A stretch of 64,000 nt of DNA. It comes from a virus. Shown piece after piece: positions 28,052-36,391 of this stretch. The notes beneath the pieces are model-generated. The model was given only the letters and a program-made list of their open reading frames with translations, made no database searches and had not been told where the DNA came from. The first letter of the stretch is position 1. The number at the start of each line of letters is the position of its first letter. A program made the translations under genes and the position numbers. The stretch lies in IMG/VR virus record IMGVR_UViG_3300021964_007043; one strand, written 5' to 3'.

Positions 28052-30550
28052 TTATCCTAGTACAAGGGTGTAAATATCAACCAGTTCTTTTAGAACAATA
28101 TCAGTAACTTCTTCACCTTCACCAGCAGCTCTTTGCCAGCTAGTTCCGTTCCATGTTTCTAGTATTTCAAGGTCTGTATTCCAACGTGTATCACCAACAT
28201 CCGGTGTTGGTGTTCTTTCGGCTATTGTCCCAAATGGTATAACTATACCTGTTGTAGCATCAAACTTTACATACCCGTCATCTGTTCCTACAAAAGATAA
28301 GTTTGTATCGTCAGATGTTAAGTTGGTTATAGTATTTTTATAAAGTTGTATATCATCAATCCTTACAACTCCACTATCTCTACGTAGTTCTAAATCTGAG
28401 TTTGAAAGTGTTGTAGTAATAAGATTATCATTTATTAAAATATCTTCGTCGCTTAAACCGTGTAGTTCTAGTCCATAATCGTTTACTTGACCTACTTGGA
28501 CGCCATCAAAACCAAATGTAATAGCACCCGTTGTTTGATTTGGTCTAATAAATGTTTGTCTATCATCTGAAAATACGCCGCCAAATGCTATGTTTCCTGT
28601 GTCAGCATAACCTTCAAACAAGTTTGTTTCCGTATTATATCTCAGGTCAGCAGTTTGCTCTGGACGATTTAAATCAGTATCATTAGGAAGTACAAGTCCA
28701 GGGTTGTTGTCTAAGTTTAAAACTTCTGTTACTGGAGTAAGATTAAGTTGTCCGTCAATAGTAGATATAGTGTTACCACTTATTCTAATATTTCCTGTAT
28801 CAACACGTTCTCCGTCAATGTAAGTAAAGTTAGTATCGTCTCCAACTCGTATGCTACTTACACCGCTAAAAGTTAAATCGCCTGCATCAAAACTTGTTTG
28901 TCCTGTTTCAAAGTCAACGTAAAAGTTTTTACCTACTCTAAACGTTCCAGTATGGTCTTGGCTTGTATAATATATTTTACCACTGTTAAGTTCTACTGCT
29001 TCATTTGTTTGATTAACAAGTGTTTTATCGTTTTCTGAATCTTTACCTGTACCTATATAAGCCATGTTATGGTTAATAAGATACATCAATGTATTAGCAC
29101 CGTCTGCAACAGCACCGTAGTTTCCGTATATACTTGCTGAACCTATTGAACGTATTTCTGCACCATAGCGTAGTGTACTATCAGGTAGTTCAAAACCTAC
29201 ACTACCTTGTGTAGCATACAAACTTCTATTTGCATAATATGTAAAACTATTAAGCCATTCTACTCTAACACCATTAGTCATTGTAATACAATCAACACCA
29301 GGTGTAATAAATGTTACACTATGGAAAAGCATACTTGCTTCGTTACTTGCTTGTGGGTCTAGTTCGCTACCGTCAATCCAAGCACCCTTACCTGCATCGC
29401 CTGTTAAAAATCCTCTTGGATCGCTTGCACTTGTTACACTGCCTTTTGTAATAATAGTACAGTTTCTAATATATGGTGAACGTGTGTTTACAGTTCCGTT
29501 AGGTGTAAATCGGAAAGCATATCCTGTGTTTAAAAAACTATCATAATAAAAGTCTTTGATAGTAATATCTTCAATAGTACAATCTTCTTGTATATGGAAT
29601 ACATCTTCACTTTGACTTGAAGTATCTGGTTTAACTATAGTGTTTCTTAAATCTTCACCACGTATAGTTACATGTGGAGGTACAACTAAAGGACATGCTT
29701 CTTCATAAGTTCCTGGAAATACATGAATAACACAAGGACCACCTAAACTACTGTCTGCTGCATCTAATGCTCTAGCAATAGTAGCAAATGGATCTTGTGG
29801 GTGATCTCCGGAATGTAGATCGTCACCTTCTACACTTACATAAAATATATTTCCTTGACGTAGTGCTAAACTTGTGTCACTAACTGCTACTGCACCGACA
29901 TCGACTATTCTACCATTTATAAGATTTGTATATAGTTCTAACCAACGTTTTCCTGGTCTACCTAAATCTCTTGTACTGTCTGAATCTGGTATAATATCAC
30001 TAGCAAGTTCAGCATCAAAGTATACGCTATCTCTATCGTCATCACCGATAGTTAAACTTCCGCCAAATGTAATATCGCCTGTTGCATGTATGTTACCAGT
30101 GTTATTCCAGTTTGCTCTAATATCAACTTCGCCTGTTCCGTCTGGTCTTATTTCTATATTTGTATTAGGTGTAGTTGTGCTGATTGTATTAAAGTCAAAC
30201 TTCAAATCATCTGTTGCAATAGCAGTTGCGTTAATAACATCAAACTGTGCCCAAAGTCTTAAGTCGCCTGCATTACTTCTTATTTCACTGTTTTCTATAG
30301 AAATATCGCTAATGTTTGCGTAGTCGTTATTTAAACCTAAACTACCTATAGTACCAGGAATATAAAGTTCGTCACTAGGTGCTTCATTATTCACACCAAT
30401 CTTATTGTTTACAGCATCTATATGTAATAATGCAGTATCAGTGCTTGTATTTTTGAAGTTGAGATAATCTTTACCAAGGCCTCCTTGATAAAGTTCTAAA
30501 TTATCTTTTAAGACGCCGCCCCCAATGCGGCCATTTTGTGGTTCTGGCAT
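28052..30550 (-). CDS. 832-aa fibre protein, paralog of 24592..27915
   Basis: Shared blocks LALRQGNI(F/Y)YV, TKGSVTSASDPRGF, LFHSVTFITPGV, YNTETNLFEGY. Confidence 0.75.
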   Translation of the reverse strand: MPEPQNGRIGGGVLKDNLELYQGGLGKDYLNFKNTSTDTALLHIDAVNNKIGVNNEAPSDELYIPGTIGSLGLNNDYANISDISIENSEIRSNAGDLRLWAQFDVINATAIATDDLKFDFNTISTTTPNTNIEIRPDGTGEVDIRANWNNTGNIHATGDITFGGSLTIGDDDRDSVYFDAELASDIIPDSDSTRDLGRPGKRWLELYTNLINGRIVDVGAVAVSDTSLALRQGNIFYVSVEGDDLHSGDHPQDPFATIARALDAADSSLGGPCVIHVFPGTYEEACPLVVPPHVTIRGEDLRNTIVKPDTSSQSEDVFHIQEDCTIEDITIKDFYYDSFLNTGYAFRFTPNGTVNTRSPYIRNCTIITKGSVTSASDPRGFLTGDAGKGAWIDGSELDPQASNEASMLFHSVTFITPGVDCITMTNGVRVEWLNSFTYYANRSLYATQGSVGFELPDSTLRYGAEIRSIGSASIYGNYGAVADGANTLMYLINHNMAYIGTGKDSENDKTLVNQTNEAVELNSGKIYYTSQDHTGTFRVGKNFYVDFETGQTSFDAGDLTFSGVSSIRVGDDTNFTYIDGERVDTGNIRISGNTISTIDGQLNLTPVTEVLNLDNNPGLVLPNDTDLNRPEQTADLRYNTETNLFEGYADTGNIAFGGVFSDDRQTFIRPNQTTGAITFGFDGVQVGQVNDYGLELHGLSDEDILINDNLITTTLSNSDLELRRDSGVVRIDDIQLYKNTITNLTSDDTNLSFVGTDDGYVKFDATTGIVIPFGTIAERTPTPDVGDTRWNTDLEILETWNGTSWQRAAGEGEEVTDIVLKELVDIYTLVLG

Positions 30551-30572
30551 TCAGTATCTCCTGATACTGTAT

Positions 30573-31145
30573 TTATTTGTCTAGGTTATGAATTATTGTA
30601 ACAGGTTTACCTAGTGGAACTGCACTTGTAAACTCAATCCACCAACCAGTGTCTGATTCAGTATAAGGTGCATTAGGCCCTGTTGCATCAACTTGTGCTG
30701 TTTGACGTATTTCGTAGTTTGTTGTTGGTATTTGAATAACGTTTTCAATAAGAACTAAAACGTTTTCTGCTGCATCTGGAACAGGAAAATTTGAATCTCC
30801 ACTGTTAAGTTCACCAAATACAGTTTCTGTTGCATCACCTACGCCTAAGTTTTGCCATACTATTCCTGGATCTTGATTTGGTTCTTTAAATCGTATTTCT
30901 CTCCAGGCACCATTTTGATATACTTCAAACTGATTGTCTGTAGTATTATATCTCATCATACCATTAATATTAGTTGTAGGTCTTTGATTTTGGGGAGTTC
31001 CAGCACCAAATGCTTCGTCTCCTGTACCTTTAGGCACAATCATACTATTAGTACTCTCAACAGTTACTAAGTCGTCAATAGCATACTTAACGCCTTTCCC
31101 TGCAATGTTTCTTAAATTTGTATTTTGTGCCTTGAGTAATCTCAT
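30573..31145 (-). CDS. Virion structural protein, 190 aa
   Basis: Contains the PKGT...RP...GMMRYNTTDNQFEVY motif, which also occurs in the neighbouring fibre proteins. Confidence 0.7.
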   Translation of the reverse strand: MRLLKAQNTNLRNIAGKGVKYAIDDLVTVESTNSMIVPKGTGDEAFGAGTPQNQRPTTNINGMMRYNTTDNQFEVYQNGAWREIRFKEPNQDPGIVWQNLGVGDATETVFGELNSGDSNFPVPDAAENVLVLIENVIQIPTTNYEIRQTAQVDATGPNAPYTESDTGWWIEFTSAVPLGKPVTIIHNLDK

Positions 31146-31146
31146 A

Positions 31147-31482
31147 TTATACTTCCAAATAACTTACCGTTGCTGATAAATCTGTAAGTCCTGCTCCGAT
31201 ATTAGGTTCTGCAACAAAACTAATTTTATCACCTTCTTCTAGTATTATTCTTTCACTATCAAAAGTAAATGTTTCTTCTGCAGGCAATGTTAAGTTGTTT
31301 ACAACTCTAGTTATTGCATTATCTAACGGATCTCCACTAGGAATAAAATGCAAATCAAAACTTGCATCATCAGTTCCGTCATTATTACAAACTAATATGT
31401 TTGTAATCGCATAAGTTTTTCCTGCAGGAACAGTTAGTATATCTAGTTGTGTTGATGTAAGTTGTGCGTTAACTATTGCCAT
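31147..31482 (-). CDS. Small adaptor-like virion protein (111 aa)
   Basis: Paralog of the 106-aa and 109-aa ORFs. Confidence 0.7.
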   Translation of the reverse strand: MAIVNAQLTSTQLDILTVPAGKTYAITNILVCNNDGTDDASFDLHFIPSGDPLDNAITRVVNNLTLPAEETFTFDSERIILEEGDKISFVAEPNIGAGLTDLSATVSYLEV

Positions 31483-31491
31483 TTCTGTTCC

Positions 31492-32475
31492 TTAAAATAA
31501 CATTCCAAAAAGGAGTGCTCTATTCTTACTTACTAGTTCGTCTCTAGTTTCATTCTCATTTACGAAATATATACCAGTTTTTCCAGTATATTCATCTGAC
31601 ACATATATTTTTGCGCCGTCTGTTGGTGCTAAAGGCTCAACTAAAAAGTCGCCTGCACCCGGAGTACTGTTTATATGTAGTGTATCATCTATTCTAACTG
31701 ACCCTGTTCCCCAAGCTCTAAGTAGCAAGTCGTCTGAATCAGTTGTTATAGTTTCTAATGTAGTACCAGTGATTCTTAAATCTTTAAAGTTCCACTCGTC
31801 TTCATAAACTGTAGATATTACATTACCGTCAATACTAAATGTAATATTACTTAATGCAGCACCACTACCGTCTGGAGATGGTTCGCTATCTGCAACAACA
31901 ATACTTGAAGGACTAGTAACACCGTCACCGATCTGTTTCAAGAAAACTGTAGCAAATGCTGTACTAATAGCATCGTCTACATATTTTTTGTTAGTAATAT
32001 CGTCGTCATCAGTAACTTGGGTTTCATAGTTAACTGTACCACTTACTGTAATAACTCCAGTACCACTGTTTATTAAATGTAAATCACTACCAGCAGTGTT
32101 AATATGGTTTGTTCTAATGCCACTTACTGCACCGCTATCTAATCTAAATGCAAACAGACCTCCTGTATTAACAGGATCTGTAAGATTATCGTCATAGACC
32201 ATAAATGCATTTAGTAAAGTGCCACGGTCAATTTCAATACCAGAACTGTTTGACGGATCTGTAATACCGGCGCCAACTTCTCCTTTATTAAGTACAATAA
32301 TATTGTCCTCAATAGTCATATTAGTTGTATTAACTGTAGTAGTTTCTCCTAATACAGTTAAATCGCCGGTTATTACAACTGTTCCTTCTTCTGTGCCGGT
32401 GTCGAGAGTTATTTGACCACCATTTTGTACTGTGATCTTATAATCTCCGCCATCAACTCTAAAGAACTTTGACAT
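31492..32475 (-). CDS. Fibre-like structural protein, 327 aa
   Basis: VITGDLTVLGETTTVNTTNMTIEDNIIVLN fibre motif; hydrophobic C-terminus ALLFGMLF. Confidence 0.7.
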   Translation of the reverse strand: MSKFFRVDGGDYKITVQNGGQITLDTGTEEGTVVITGDLTVLGETTTVNTTNMTIEDNIIVLNKGEVGAGITDPSNSSGIEIDRGTLLNAFMVYDDNLTDPVNTGGLFAFRLDSGAVSGIRTNHINTAGSDLHLINSGTGVITVSGTVNYETQVTDDDDITNKKYVDDAISTAFATVFLKQIGDGVTSPSSIVVADSEPSPDGSGAALSNITFSIDGNVISTVYEDEWNFKDLRITGTTLETITTDSDDLLLRAWGTGSVRIDDTLHINSTPGAGDFLVEPLAPTDGAKIYVSDEYTGKTGIYFVNENETRDELVSKNRALLFGMLF

Positions 32476-32484
32476 GTGTTATCC

Positions 32485-32847
32485 TTAGATTGCTGTTAGA
32501 CGTAATACTGTGTCAGTTGAATCGTCTTCTAGTTCCCATGTATAACGAGTGTTATCAAAGTCGACTGCTGTTCTATTGAATAGTTTTTGTACTACTTTGC
32601 GTCCGCCGCCTGTATCCATTGCTTCAATAACCATTTCGCCTGCTGCGATAGATGCTGTTGCTTTGTTAACTAAACGACATACTGCTGTTGCAGTACCTGC
32701 ATTGTTAGATACTGTGAACTTGTTAGTTCCTCTTTGGTCTACAATGTATGCTTTTTCATCGATACCACCATCTACATATGCACGAACTGTAATGTTAGTG
32801 CCGTCTGCTGGATCTCCGAAGTTTCTTTTATTTACTGGACGTCCCAT
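32485..32847 (-). CDS. Hypothetical late protein, 120 aa
   Basis: ORF with AGGAGA RBS downstream of a structured leader. Confidence 0.8.
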   Translation of the reverse strand: MGRPVNKRNFGDPADGTNITVRAYVDGGIDEKAYIVDQRGTNKFTVSNNAGTATAVCRLVNKATASIAAGEMVIEAMDTGGGRKVVQKLFNRTAVDFDNTRYTWELEDDSTDTVLRLTAI

Positions 32848-32930
32848 TTGTTTCTCCTATTTTGACGTTCTAAGTCTACGCGGTTGAACGATCTTCCGCA
32901 TAAGTCCTCTTCATCGAGGCTCTTTCTCGA
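32848..32930 (-). promoter_or_regulatory. Structured 5' leader with possible pseudoknot
   Basis: Hairpins TCGAG/CTCGA (32914-30) and TATGCGG/CCGCGTA (32877-902); loop CGTTC is complementary to downstream GAACG (32866-70). Confidence 0.45.
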
Positions 32931-32954
32931 CAATAGTATTTATCAAATAAAGAA

Positions 32955-32984
32955 AAAGCCCGACACAGTTAAGCATCGGGCTTT
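32955..32984 (-). terminator. Intrinsic terminator
   Basis: AAAGCCCGA...TCGGGCTTT followed by TTCTTT on the minus strand. Confidence 0.8.
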
Positions 32985-32989
32985 ATAAA

Positions 32990-33200
32990 ATAAGGGTGGG
33001 TGAAGGACTTGGGTTTACCTCCAACTAAGCGTCCAGATACCGTTTCATCTATCGCCTAGAACCTCAGTTCTGCTTAGTATCGCAGTTTGCGTACTGCTTG
33101 TCTCCAAACTCTACGCCGGGCACTACCCCTAACCAAGTGCGCTTATCTCCTCTAGAGTGGAAATTATTAGCGCCAACCCATATAACAACGTCTTGTTATA
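32990..33200 (-). ncRNA. Candidate stand-alone structured ncRNA (~200 nt), family unassigned
   Basis: No ORF in the track; bounded by a sigma70-like promoter and a terminator; several helices (ACTAAGC/GCTTAGT, GCAGT/ACTGC, GCACT/AGTGC, AGAAC/GTTCT, TGGGT/ACCCA). Confidence 0.6.
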
Positions 33201-33205
33201 TTATT

Positions 33206-33233
33206 AATATAACATCATACAAATAAAAGTCAA
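33206..33233 (-). promoter_or_regulatory. Sigma70-like promoter for the candidate ncRNA
   Basis: TTGACT-N16-TATATT with a TGn extended -10. Confidence 0.55.
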
Positions 33234-33316
33234 CCTTTTTTTAATAAAAAGTTAATCTTTTTTTCACGATATTGTTTGATTAGTCTTTTGAAGTACCAAA
33301 ACGTTAATCGATCCAT
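33230..33316 (-). CDS. 28-aa basic micropeptide MDRLTFWYFKRLIKQYREKKINFLLKKG (below the ORF-track cutoff)
   Basis: AGGAGAAG RBS 4 nt before the ATG; lies directly downstream of the riboswitch-like element. Confidence 0.6.
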   Translation of the reverse strand: MDRLTFWYFKRLIKQYREKKINFLLKKG

Positions 33317-33345
33317 TACACTTCTCCTAGTTAAAGGTTAAAGTG

Positions 33346-33387
33346 CGTTCCTTCGCAGTATGCTACTTCCGTCCCGTAGGATGAACG
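33346..33387 (-). ncRNA. Glutamine-I (glnA motif) riboswitch aptamer
   Basis: CGTTC-A-[TCC TACG GGA]-CGGAAGTA-[GCA TAC TGC]-GAAG-GAACG reproduces the P1/P2/E-loop/P3 architecture and conserved core (CGUU..A..CGGAAGUA..GAAG..AACG) of the glnA aptamer. Confidence 0.8.
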
Positions 33388-33404
33388 TAAAAATATTTAG
33401 TCAT

Positions 33405-33431
33405 AAAAAAAGGCCCCGTAGGGCCTTTTTT
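33405..33431 (-). terminator. Intrinsic terminator after the major capsid gene
   Basis: AAAAAAGGCCC-TACG-GGGCCTTTTTTT. Confidence 0.9.
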
Positions 33432-33451
33432 CGTTTTAGTTAAGTTATAAC

Positions 33452-34624
33452 TTAGCTGAAGCTTAGGTTACCACTGTTAACTTCTACCTTTTCTAGGTAG
33501 TCAGCTGCGTTACCTAGAGATGAAGCAGTATTTGATAGCTCAACATATCCATAACGTGTCATGAATGAAACTGTTGGCTCAAATGTGCCTGGATCTAGGA
33601 CAACACCTGAAGACATTAGTGGGATATATGGGCAGTAGAACGCTGCTGCGTCTGACTCGCTTGAACCCTTATAACCAACTAGTACGTCATCATCTGCTGC
33701 ATATGTGTTAACGTAAACTTTCATTGCGTTGTTCAATGTACCAACCATTTTAGTGTTTGTTGGTGCTTCGAATGTACCTTCAGTTGTACGTGCAAATGCT
33801 GATGTTGTTGCTGACTGTAGAACAGTTAGGATAGCTGGAGATACAACTGCCCAGTTACCTGCACCGCGTCTTGTACGCTGTGCAATACGGTTTGCTGCTC
33901 TGTTGACTAGAACTGCAAGTGCTGCATGCTCGTCACCAACAAAAGTAGCTGTACCGCTAACTGCTGCTTGGTTGAATGTATCTGTACCAGTACCAGCAAG
34001 AGTACTTAGAGATGCTAGGACCTCTTGGTCGATTTCAGCAGTAATCTCTTGAGCAAGTGCTGCCATGATTTCTGCTTCAACATCGATACCGTGCTGTGAC
34101 TGTGCATCCTGTGCTGATTCAAATGTCCAGCGAGCTGATAGCTTTCTGGATTTTGCTTCTACAGTTTGCTTCAAGATTTGAATGCTTAGTCTGTTTCCAG
34201 CTTCGCCTTCTAGTGCTGCTGTTGCATCAGCTTTTGCAGTTGTTGCATTACCTGAATATGCTTCAGCAATCTTGAATGGTGAAAGTGCTTCTTCACCAGC
34301 TACTGCACCAGCTGCACCTGTACCTGCTGTGTCGCTGTAGCGAACACGTAGAGTATGGATTTGACCAACTGGACCAGTCATTGGTTGTACACCAACAAGT
34401 TCATTTGCAATGACTGTTGGCATAACACGTCTGATCACTGGAAGGATCACACGATTTAGTGTTGCGACGTTACCGGCGGATGTAGCACCAGCTGTAGCAG
34501 TCTCTGACAAATACTGTCTTGTATTTTCTAGAGTAGCAGCCATAACTGACTTCTTGTTGCCTTGAAGGCCTTCAAGTAGTGCGCTCTTTGTATCCTGCCA
34601 GCGACTTTCTAGTAGTTCTGACAT
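33452..34624 (-). CDS. gp23: Major capsid protein (T4 gp23-like)
   Basis: GVQPMTGPVGQIHTLR, KSRKLSARWTFESAQD, EITAEIDQE, FYCPYIPL and FMTRYG gp23 motifs. Confidence 0.95.
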   Translation of the reverse strand: MSELLESRWQDTKSALLEGLQGNKKSVMAATLENTRQYLSETATAGATSAGNVATLNRVILPVIRRVMPTVIANELVGVQPMTGPVGQIHTLRVRYSDTAGTGAAGAVAGEEALSPFKIAEAYSGNATTAKADATAALEGEAGNRLSIQILKQTVEAKSRKLSARWTFESAQDAQSQHGIDVEAEIMAALAQEITAEIDQEVLASLSTLAGTGTDTFNQAAVSGTATFVGDEHAALAVLVNRAANRIAQRTRRGAGNWAVVSPAILTVLQSATTSAFARTTEGTFEAPTNTKMVGTLNNAMKVYVNTYAADDDVLVGYKGSSESDAAAFYCPYIPLMSSGVVLDPGTFEPTVSFMTRYGYVELSNTASSLGNAADYLEKVEVNSGNLSFS

Positions 34625-34634
34625 TATTATCTCC

Positions 34635-35729
34635 TTAATTTAATCCAGCTAAACGACGAATGTCAACTACGACACCATCATCTGCTGTTGAACTAACGTT
34701 AGTTGTGTTTTCTCTATTGCCTGTTATTTCTTTTGCCTCTGATAGGACCTTCTTCTTGGCTGGAGTGTTACCGTCGATAACCGCTGGTAGGTACTTGTCA
34801 AACTGTGTACGTAAACGTGCAGTTTGAACTGATTCCAGTAAGTCTGTCATAATCTCTCGTTGGTCTTTGCCTAGTGGCGCAACCAACTCGTTCATAATCT
34901 TTTCACGTTGTGCTGATTCAACTAAACGCTGCTTTTCTTTGTTTGTTGATTCTGCTAGTGTCTTTGCTTTCGCAGCAAATGCTTTTGCTTCTGCAAGTTG
35001 CTTGTCTTTAGCAGTAAGTACTTGCATTAGTTTTGCAGTTTCTGAATTTTCATTTAAATATGAACTTCCATATTCTGCTGCAAATGCTTCGAAGATTTTA
35101 CGACCAAAGTCGTTTCTACGTGCTGTGTCAATATCTTCTTTAAGTGAGGTAATCTCTGCTTTAAGAGTTTTACCAACCATTTCTGATACTGCTGTAGCAC
35201 TTCTTTCGATAAAGTTAGCTTTAACTTTAGCGAAGTGATTCTTAGCTTCACGTACTAAACGTACTTTTGTTTCTGCTAAGTCTTTCTTGTCTTCGTAGAA
35301 CTCTGCAATTTCGTTCGATAGGGCGTCTACTACAAACTCTTCTAGCTTTGCATAATTCTTATGCATTGCTACTTTGTCTGTACGTAGTTCTTGGATTTCT
35401 TTTTGTAGTTGCTCTACAACAAAACCCTTTAACAGATCTGAATTTTCACGCATTGCAATAGCATATTTGGCTTTCGCCTCAGCTAGTTGCGCACGATCTT
35501 CTGCAAATTCAGTAATTTCTGCTTCTAGACGCTCAGAAAGCATCGAGTCGATAGCTTCAACCATAGTTGACTTATCATGCTCATACTTTGCTGCAAATTC
35601 TTCGCGGAGTTCGGCTGTTACGGCCTGCTTATTTTCACGAACTTTTGCTTCCCAAGCTTCTTCGATTTGTGCCCTGACTTCTTCGTTAACTACATCGTTT
35701 TCAAAGAGTGTCTTCAGTGCATCTATCAT
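34635..35729 (-). CDS. gp22: Prohead core scaffolding protein (gp22-like)
   Basis: Helical E/K/A-rich coiled coil between protease and capsid genes. Confidence 0.8.
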   Translation of the reverse strand: MIDALKTLFENDVVNEEVRAQIEEAWEAKVRENKQAVTAELREEFAAKYEHDKSTMVEAIDSMLSERLEAEITEFAEDRAQLAEAKAKYAIAMRENSDLLKGFVVEQLQKEIQELRTDKVAMHKNYAKLEEFVVDALSNEIAEFYEDKKDLAETKVRLVREAKNHFAKVKANFIERSATAVSEMVGKTLKAEITSLKEDIDTARRNDFGRKIFEAFAAEYGSSYLNENSETAKLMQVLTAKDKQLAEAKAFAAKAKTLAESTNKEKQRLVESAQREKIMNELVAPLGKDQREIMTDLLESVQTARLRTQFDKYLPAVIDGNTPAKKKVLSEAKEITGNRENTTNVSSTADDGVVVDIRRLAGLN

Positions 35730-35743
35730 TACATTCTCCTAGT

Positions 35744-36367
35744 TTATTGGAGTTTGTTGATTATGTTAATCAACGACTCTTTTAGATACTTTTGTGCCTT
35801 GTTATCATGTTTTGTTGCCTGAGCTAGTTCGTATGCCTGATATCCTCCGCGAGCGTTCATTAGGTGCTCGTAAATTGGTGTTGGATATGCACCAGGGGCG
35901 CTAGGCTGTGCCACAACGTCCACGGTGATTATTTCAAAGTCAGAGACGGTATTGCTACCGTCTTCTGAAACATTTCCGCTACCTCTTGATGAAACGCCTA
36001 GTTTGACGCCGCTTTCTAGCATTGTTTTAACTAGTTGTCCCATTGGAGTAGGTAAAATTTTAAGTTTACCGTAACCGTTTGCATCATCCATCCAGCATTC
36101 GCTGATCATATGACTTACACGGTCTAGGTTAATGTTAAGGCCTTCCGGATGATCAACTTCTCCGAGAACACTATATCCTCCTTGTATTTGATCATTGAGA
36201 GTTTTGACAGCCCTGCCAATTTCATTTACAGGATACACACGCTGATTAGCATTGCGTACTCCTCCTTGTATCATGATACCTTTCATGTACAAGTCTTTCC
36301 CTTCATTAGCAGACTCAACAACCAATTTAGCTTGGTCGAATGTCAAATGCTCTCGTAAGTTTCTCAT
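35744..36367 (-). CDS. gp21: Prohead protease (gp21-like, family U9)
   Basis: NANQRVYP, LGEVDHP, VSH, GKLKILPTPMG, GVSSRGSG and DVVAQPSAPGA motifs. Confidence 0.92.
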   Translation of the reverse strand: MRNLREHLTFDQAKLVVESANEGKDLYMKGIMIQGGVRNANQRVYPVNEIGRAVKTLNDQIQGGYSVLGEVDHPEGLNINLDRVSHMISECWMDDANGYGKLKILPTPMGQLVKTMLESGVKLGVSSRGSGNVSEDGSNTVSDFEIITVDVVAQPSAPGAYPTPIYEHLMNARGGYQAYELAQATKHDNKAQKYLKESLINIINKLQ

Positions 36368-36391
36368 TCAAACTTCCTTATATTATACTGC

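Noticed and set aside
9812-30550. Diversity-generating retroelement acting on the paralogous fibre or Cys-rich genes
   Set aside because: No reverse transcriptase in the window and no ~100-bp template/variable pair differing only at adenines; shared identity is limited to about 32 bp.
33020-33080. Hammerhead ribozyme in the three-way junction of the candidate ncRNA
   Set aside because: CTGAGG and GAAAC lie inside hairpins rather than in the single-stranded CUGANGA/GAAA core positions.
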